A DNA stretch of 24,259 nt from an uncultured bacterium (GTDB lineage Bacteria > CSSED10-310 > CAZUFC01): positions 10,086 through 34,344 of the forward strand of contig CAZUFC010000094.1 in assembly GCA_964619725.1 (NCBI GenBank), read 5' to 3'. Both the position numbers and the translations under genes were made by a program. Shown here piece after piece: positions 19,501 to 24,259 of this stretch. Numbering within the stretch: position 1 is the first letter of the stretch; every line of letters begins with the position of its first letter. Below the pieces are notes generated by a model. That model was not told the DNA's origin. It was given only the letters and a program-made list of their open reading frames with translations, and did no database searches.

Positions 19501-22500
19501 GTTTTACAGGGAAGGGGACGGAACGACGGCAGTGACGGGTACCGGAGGAATAGTCGCTGAGCCGCTTGTGTGCAAGGGACGCGGCGAAACCGACGGCAGC
19601 GACGTCGACTGCAATTATTTTCTTGGAATAGACGAATCAGGCGTTTTAGGCGCTGATTTTGAGGATATGGCAAGCGGCGCCAATCATCCCGTCAGAGGGG
19701 CCACGGTTGTCGATAATATGAGCTGGCATCATGCAGCGGTGAGTTATAGCGGGAGCGTGTGGAAGTTATATTTGGACGGCCGGCTTGAAGCGGAAGAAAC
19801 GGAAAATGCGACGCCCCGGTACGACAGCATTCAGTATTTCAGCATAGCGACGGCGATGAATTCGTCGGGGGTATCTGAAGGAGCGTTTAATGGGATGATA
19901 GACGAAGTGCGGGTGTGGGATCATGAGCGTAGTCAGTCTGAGATACAATCCGCCATGATCTATGATGTTTATTCCGCGCCGGGACTTGCAGGAAGATGGG
20001 GATTCAACGAATGTACGGGCAGCTCGGTATTCGATACTTCAGGGTATGACAACGACGGTACGGTTGTTGGGGCTGTATGGGGCGACGGATATGAATACAC
20101 GCCGCCGGATTCATGCGCCCTGGAATTCGACGGAACGAACGATTTCATCGATTTCGGGGGTCCGCTGCTGCCGGAACTGGGTCTTGATGCTTTTACGCTG
20201 GAATGCTGGCTGTATAGGAAGGGACCGGGAACAAGCGCGGACTCCGGAGCAGGCGGCGTCAACGCCGTTCCCTTGATCTGCAAGGGACGCGGTGAGACGG
20301 ACGGCAGCAATGTCGATTGCAATTACCTGTTTGGTATTGATGAGTCAGGCGTTCTTGCCGCGGACTTCGAGGATATGAATAACGGGAGCAACCATCCGAT
20401 ACTGGGAACGACGGCCGTGCAGAACGACGCGTGGGTTCATGCTGCAGTCACATACGACGGAAGCGTGTGGAAACTGTATCTGAACGGCGAATTGGACAAT
20501 CAGGAAACAGAAAACGCCACGCCGAGATACGACAGCATTCAGCATTTCAGCATAGCGACCGCCATGAATTCCACCGGAGCCCGTGAAGGAGCCTTCGAAG
20601 GAATACTGGATGAAGTTCGCGTCTGGAATTATGCCCGGACCCTGGAAGAGATTCAATCGACGAAAGATCAGCCGGTCGAGTCTGCTGCAGGACTGGCAGC
20701 AAGATGGGGATTCGACGATTGCATAGGCATGTTTGCCGGAGACAGTTCGCCGAACGGCAATACCGGAACCGTCAACGGGGCCCTCTGGGTAACCGGATAC
20801 GATTTTCCGCCGCCCAATGACCCGCCTGTGGCGACCCTCATTGCACCTTCGGACGGAGCCGTCGGTTTGCCCATACCCGTTGAATTGAGCGCTCACGTTT
20901 CCGATCCTGAAAATTCCAATCTGACTGTAAGGTTCTACGGAAGAGAAGTCCTCGATCCCCAGCAGAGAGACGACTTTACCCTGGTTGCGCTTCCGGATAC
21001 TCAATTTTACTCGGAAAACGGTTCCGCACACTTTAGTCAGCAAACTCAATGGACCGTCGATAATGAAACAGCTCTGAACATCATATTCGTCTCTCACCTG
21101 GGCGATATCGTGCAAAATCGCGATTCCTATGAAAGCGAATGGATACTGGCCAATGATGCCATGAGTATCCTTGACGGAGAAATTCCCTACGGTCTGGCGA
21201 TCGGTAATCATGACATGTACGCGGACGGCACGGCAGCTTACTATGACTACTACTTCCCCTATACCCGTTATGAATCTGAATCCTGGTACGGAGGTCACTA
21301 CGCGGCTTCCAATTATAAAAGCAATTACCAGCTTCTGACGGTATCGGGCATAGACCTGCTCTTCCTGCACCTCGAAGTGGACGTGCCCGACGGAGTAATC
21401 TCCTGGGCTGACGGCGTTCTAGCGGCCTATCCGGATAGAATTTGCGTACTGAGTACTCATGTTTACCTCCAAAGCAACGGAAACCGGTATTCCAGCCCTT
21501 ATTTCAGGACGGACGGAAACTCGGCTGGATATCTCTGGAACAATCTGATTCAATATCACGACAATGTAAAATTCGTGCTTTGCGGGCATGCTTGTGAAAC
21601 CGCCCGGAGAACAGACGACAACGCCTACGGCAACCCGGTACATCAGATATTGAGCGATTACCAGTGCCGGCCCAACGGCGGAGACGGATGGTTGCGGATC
21701 ATGACCTTTTCCCCGGATAATAATGAGGTTTATGTTCAGACCTATTCTCCGACCCTGGATAATTTTTTGACTACGTCGGAACATGAGTTTACGCTGAGTC
21801 TCGATATGACGGAGACGGAACCTTTTGTGCTTCTCGCCGAATACACAGACGTACCGTCAGACAGTGACGTTTCATACACGTGGAACGGTCTTTCGGAGGA
21901 AACGACCTATGAATGGTACGTTTCCGTCGAGGACGAGGGCAACCTGGCGTCAAGCGATATATGGAGCTTTACGACAGCCGCTTATACGCCGACGCCAACA
22001 GAAATTCCCACTTCATCGCCGACGGATACGCCCTCCATGACCCCTACCGATACGCCGACTGAAACGCCTACGCTATCGCCGACATATACCCCTTCAGATA
22101 CCCCTACTGAAACTCCAACGCCCACCCGGACCTCTACGGCGACATTCTCACCCACATCATCACCCACTATAACGAATTCGCCGACGCAAACTCCAACAGA
22201 TTCCCCCACTATCTCCCCCACACTGACTCCCACGCTCTCGCCCACAATGACTAACACTCCGACACATACCCTGAGCCCCACCTTTACCGAAACGCTGACT
22301 CCATCATTATCGCCGACTCAATCACCCACTCTCACAGCTACCCTATCGCCTTCTTCCACCTTTACTCATACTCCAGCCGAAACACCCACTCCAACATCAT
22401 CACCCACTATTCCCCCGATCCCCGCTCTTTACCCCGGCAATATACTGGGGCTGATCGTTCTGTTTTCAGGCATCATCATGATTTATAAAAAAAGGAGGTA

Positions 22501-22501
22501 A
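16502..22501 (+). CDS. Secreted 1999-aa protein: 6 LamG-like (concanavalin-A/pentraxin jellyroll) domains, a calcineurin-like metallophosphoesterase (YvnB-like), a split Ig/Fn3-like domain, a Thr/Pro linker and an IPTL-CTERM-like tail
   Basis: SD GAGGAG 16488-16493; signal peptide MTEKYYRFILIIFLTMLSTMPCLA/QH. Six repeats of FDG..D....FTLECW...WHH.AVTYDG..W.LYLDG...F.G.IDEVRVW...RS..EI. Phosphoesterase motifs ALPDTQ, HLGDIVQ, IGNHD, STH and LCGH (~20972-21796). It ends IPALYPGNILGLIVLFSGIIMIYKKRR. Confidence 0.92.
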   Translation: MTEKYYRFILIIFLTMLSTMPCLAQHGLKLNGTGGHISFGGPLLPELGLSEFTLECWVYRTGSGTTSSSGSGGVTAVPLICKGRGEVDGTNADCCYFFGIDSSGVLAADFEDMASGANHPVLGTTELEYNVWHHAAVTYDGATWRIYLDGALENEETENAVPRYDSIQYFSIGTATNSTGQTEGAFDGVIDEVRVWDHERSLSEIQNSMGMEIESETGLAGRWGLNEGTGTTAGDSSGNANDGTATGAVWVNGYPFALPDNCAGGFDGIDDHVDFGGACLPELGLAEFTLECWFYKTGAGATALSGSGGVTAVPLICKGRGEADGNNKDLNYFFGIDQTGVLAADFEDMSAGNNHPVLGTTAIANDVWHHAAVTYDGAVWRLFLDGELENEEAENATVRYDSIQHFSIATAMNSTGAREGAFEGVIDEVRVWNSARSQSSIQATMNLEIDSGYGLMGRWGFNDCTDDIVIDSTSSVNHGTMKGGYWVDGYLFSAADECGLDFDGADDHVSFGGPLLPELGLSEFTLECWIYKEGDGVTANSGSGGVIAVPLICKGLGEADGDNRDCCYFFGIDETGVLAADFEDMNNGSNHPVKGARVVENNAWHHVAATYDGTTWRLYLDGVLENEEVENATPRYDSIQHFSIATAMDSGGNPSGAFEGVIDEVRVWNTARSQLEIQEAMPYSILSATGLAGRWGFDECSGSVVYDTSGNENDGNVIQAIWGPGFEYTAPDRCSLEFDGVNDHITFGGPLLPELGLDEFTLECWIYKVGTGSTASSGSGGITAVPLICKGRGEADGNNLDCNYFFGIDQSGTLGADFEDMTNGSNHPVLGVTAVSNDAWHHVAVTYDGSTWRLYLNGALENELTVNATPRYDSIQHFSLATSMDSSGVPGGAFEGLMDEVRIWNFARSQDAIQETMFNELESGYGLAARWGFNECLGDTVYDTAGNNHGSIVGAIWRPGYFFSAIDACSLDFDGADDHVSFGGPLLPELGLSEFTIECWFYREGDGTTAVTGTGGIVAEPLVCKGRGETDGSDVDCNYFLGIDESGVLGADFEDMASGANHPVRGATVVDNMSWHHAAVSYSGSVWKLYLDGRLEAEETENATPRYDSIQYFSIATAMNSSGVSEGAFNGMIDEVRVWDHERSQSEIQSAMIYDVYSAPGLAGRWGFNECTGSSVFDTSGYDNDGTVVGAVWGDGYEYTPPDSCALEFDGTNDFIDFGGPLLPELGLDAFTLECWLYRKGPGTSADSGAGGVNAVPLICKGRGETDGSNVDCNYLFGIDESGVLAADFEDMNNGSNHPILGTTAVQNDAWVHAAVTYDGSVWKLYLNGELDNQETENATPRYDSIQHFSIATAMNSTGAREGAFEGILDEVRVWNYARTLEEIQSTKDQPVESAAGLAARWGFDDCIGMFAGDSSPNGNTGTVNGALWVTGYDFPPPNDPPVATLIAPSDGAVGLPIPVELSAHVSDPENSNLTVRFYGREVLDPQQRDDFTLVALPDTQFYSENGSAHFSQQTQWTVDNETALNIIFVSHLGDIVQNRDSYESEWILANDAMSILDGEIPYGLAIGNHDMYADGTAAYYDYYFPYTRYESESWYGGHYAASNYKSNYQLLTVSGIDLLFLHLEVDVPDGVISWADGVLAAYPDRICVLSTHVYLQSNGNRYSSPYFRTDGNSAGYLWNNLIQYHDNVKFVLCGHACETARRTDDNAYGNPVHQILSDYQCRPNGGDGWLRIMTFSPDNNEVYVQTYSPTLDNFLTTSEHEFTLSLDMTETEPFVLLAEYTDVPSDSDVSYTWNGLSEETTYEWYVSVEDEGNLASSDIWSFTTAAYTPTPTEIPTSSPTDTPSMTPTDTPTETPTLSPTYTPSDTPTETPTPTRTSTATFSPTSSPTITNSPTQTPTDSPTISPTLTPTLSPTMTNTPTHTLSPTFTETLTPSLSPTQSPTLTATLSPSSTFTHTPAETPTPTSSPTIPPIPALYPGNILGLIVLFSGIIMIYKKRR
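16577..20806 (+). repeat. Six tandem LamG-like domains, 708-bp (236-aa) period
   Basis: The PELGL motif starts at 16634, 17342, 18050, 18758, 19463 and 20171 (708, 708, 708, 705 and 708 bp). Confidence 0.92.
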
Positions 22502-22631
22502 AAGCAGCGCCGGTTCACACAAAGAGAATATGATCCTGTGTAAATTCGGCTTCCGCCGGACGTGAATTATACTGAGTTCAATCCCCGCCCGCGACTGCGC
22601 CGTTCGGACTGGCATGCAAAATGGAGGAACG

Positions 22632-23346
22632 ATGAAGCAAAAAGTTGAAGGTAATATTCTAACACGGATTTCTCATACAAAATCGTAGTGAGAGCGTTCA
22701 GATTCCCGCAGATTCAAGCATGGCGGACTGAAGGACTGCGGAAACATAGCAGCGCTACGTTGAGCAAGGCCGCAGGGAGCAGCGCTTGAAGGTGCGGGGA
22801 TATGGACGCTCGTAACAGGTTCTGTATGAGAAATGCGGGCTAAGTCCCCTGACTGTCGTTCTGGTTGGAGAGCTCGTCAATGATAAACCCAATTTCCTGG
22901 TAATCGGATATGTTGCGCTGTTCGATTTCGGCAGGTACGTTTTCTTCAGCCTCTTTAAAGGCCGCTATACCCGGATCGGAATTCACAAAACCAAAACATT
23001 CAGCGTCAATATCCCTTCGGAAGATATCATCGGCGAGGTGAACATATGTGGAAGTAAATCGGGAAAAGACTTCGACAAAGCGAATCTTTTCGATACCTTC
23101 TTTGGAGAACTCGATACCGCGCCCATGATCAGGAAATGTCCCCTGAACCTGGAGTGTGAAGTAGCCGATGTCCTTGACTACGGCCAGAATGAGGGCATAA
23201 TCGGGAAGGTGGTGAAGTCCTACGCGGATAAGTGCTGCCTCGTGGAGGACAAGCTGGACATGCGCCTGGTACGTCCGATCATCTGGTCGACGGGAGGCGA
23301 TTTCCATTACTATAGTCTCGGTGAGAGGATTACAGGGGCTGAATAG
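22632..23346 (+). pseudogene. Flavin reductase-like (flavoredoxin-type, FMN split-barrel) gene interrupted by a MITE
   Basis: SD GGAGG, then ATG 22632 MKQKVEGNIL, the insertion, then SPLTVVLVGELVNDKPNF...FSVNIPSED...CGSKSG..FDK...APMI..CPLNLEC, in frame with ORF 23038-23346. Deleting 181 bp gives an intact 177-aa ORF. As it stands, translation stops at TAG 22686-22688. Confidence 0.88.
22663..22839. mobile_element. 177-bp MITE (family C) with 17-bp imperfect terminal IRs and flanking CTAA direct repeats
   Basis: Left end CACGGATTTCTCATACA vs right-end reverse complement CCCGCATTTCTCATACA (15/17). CTAA at 22659-22662 and 22840-22843; a TA duplication with a 179-bp element fits equally well. 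No transposase ORF. Confidence 0.88.
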
Positions 23347-23408
23347 GAGAAACGCGTACCCGGTGAAACGCTGTCCGTAAAAGCGATAAACAAAAGAATA
23401 TCCATTTC

Positions 23409-23649
23409 GTAACTGATTAAACCGGGGTTACGTTTCTTTAGAAAATTTCGACATTTTGTTTCAACAATCGGGGTCGGTATCGAAATCGGGGACTGATCAT
23501 ACAGGGGTTACACTTCTTTAAAAACTTTCGACAGTTTGGTTCAGTGATCGGGGTCGGTATCGGAATCGCAATCGAGAGCAAAATCAAAATAAAATGATGC
23601 AAGGTTTTGTCGAATTGTAACCTCAAAAGACCCATTTTTGATCAATGCC
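23409..23649. mobile_element. MITE-like family B: truncated copy (23409-23488) directly followed by a full copy (23489-23649)
   Basis: ACTGATTAAACCGGGGTTAC...ATCGGGGTCGGTATCG is repeated at 80-bp spacing. The right end TTGTAACCTCAAAAGA...TTTTGATCAATGCC parallels TTGTAATCTCAAAAGA...TTCTGATCAATGCC at ~16241-16275. Confidence 0.7.
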
Positions 23650-23707
23650 AAGTTACTTATTGATAAGGTAAAACGGTTCACCTTTGAATTTTCGAGGATT
23701 ATTTTAA

Positions 23708-23917
23708 AATATTCAGGCATATGAGGAAATTATTGACTTCATTGCATCAGGAACTGAAACCACCGAAGTTGCAATCTTCCAGCCATCGGAAAAAAATTTA
23801 AAATCGTGTTACCGATTTTTTAATCCCCGCAAAGACCGATGGAATGACCATTATTTCCTGGATGATGTTGTAATAAGGGCTTCGACGTTCGGCAACGGAG
23901 GATCATTTGAGGGCTGA
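23708..23917 (+). pseudogene. Fused remnant: N-terminal part of a small hypothetical (antitoxin-like) gene joined to the C-terminal part of an HNH endonuclease gene
   Basis: A start-less frame (TAA at 23705) reads NIQAYEEIIDFIASGTETTEVAIFQPSE...RFFNPRKDRWNDHYFLD. I recognise YEEIIDFIA.G....V..F.PS and FNPR.D.W..H(F) from a recurrent small-protein/HNH gene pair, from memory and without a search. An orphan GAGGA lies at 23694. Confidence 0.55.
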
Positions 23918-24206
23918 AATTAATATTGCATCCGCCAGGCTGCCTGGGCAACAATCGATCGCAACGGATGACTCTGGTCGTTGAGGAACCTTGAGATTTG
24001 CCTTATATGATAGCCCTGAATACTTTAGCGCATAATTCACGGCCTTGCTCTCAATTTTCATTTTTCTTATATCGGAACTGTAGTAATGTTGTGTTAGATT
24101 GACTTGAAATGAAAGAAATGTTTTATAAATAAAGGCTAGACCGCGATAAAGCGCCGAATGGGAGCCTTGACTTGATTCAGTATTATTACTCTGAACCCAG
24201 GTCTGT

Positions 24207-24259
24207 AATTAGTTTTTGTCCATAAACGGCGAATTTTTCCCAATACTGCGTCAGTCTTC
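24207..24259. mobile_element. Left end of another family A MITE-like copy, cut by the window edge
   Basis: 24210-24259 matches 2002-2051 at 40/50 positions, and both are preceded by AAT. Confidence 0.65.

Noticed and set aside
17108..22281. ORFs overlapping the LamG gene, including 20345-21370 (341 aa) and the VGV-rich 21982-22281
   Set aside because: Shadow ORFs; the VG repeats are simply the antisense reading of PT codons.
22840..23307. 155-aa minus-strand ORF
   Set aside because: Antisense to the clearly recognisable flavin reductase frame.
23038..23346. 102-aa ORF as a stand-alone gene
   Set aside because: It is only the C-terminal part of the interrupted flavin reductase; the family motifs continue upstream in frame.
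16070..23510. CRISPR-like reading of the ACTGATCAAACCGGGG repeats
   Set aside because: Only two units per locus, spacings of 30 and 80 bp, inter-repeat sequence at 23409-23649 that is itself repeated, and no cas genes.
2413..23635. Small ORFs 2413-2667, 16116-16403 and 23438-23635
   Set aside because: They translate hexamer-repeat MITE sequence (VVVIVIVV, DSDFDTDYD, IPIPTPI) and are likely spurious.

Overview
Bacterial region dominated by large, repetitive, secreted cell-surface protein genes. It holds the 3' end of a Thr/Pro-linker protein (<1-554) and a two-domain DUF3592-like membrane protein (1009-1992). A ~4243-aa protein (15803-3072, minus) carries nine right-handed beta-helix modules and three small beta-sandwich-like repeats. 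A divergent 1999-aa protein (16502-22501) carries six LamG-like domains and a calcineurin-like metallophosphoesterase. All three surface proteins end in an (I/V)PA(L/F)xxxG-type motif, a hydrophobic helix and a short, mostly basic tail, resembling IPTL-CTERM exosortase signals; no sorting enzyme gene is in the window. The intergenic DNA contains several families of short inverted-repeat (MITE-like) elements. One 177-bp element with a CTAA duplication interrupts a flavin-reductase-family gene (22632-23346), and removing it restores a 177-aa ORF. A probable deletion scar of a small-protein/HNH nuclease gene pair lies at 23708-23917. No rRNA, tRNA, CRISPR array, transposase or reverse transcriptase was seen. 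Family names come from motif recognition by eye, not database searches.
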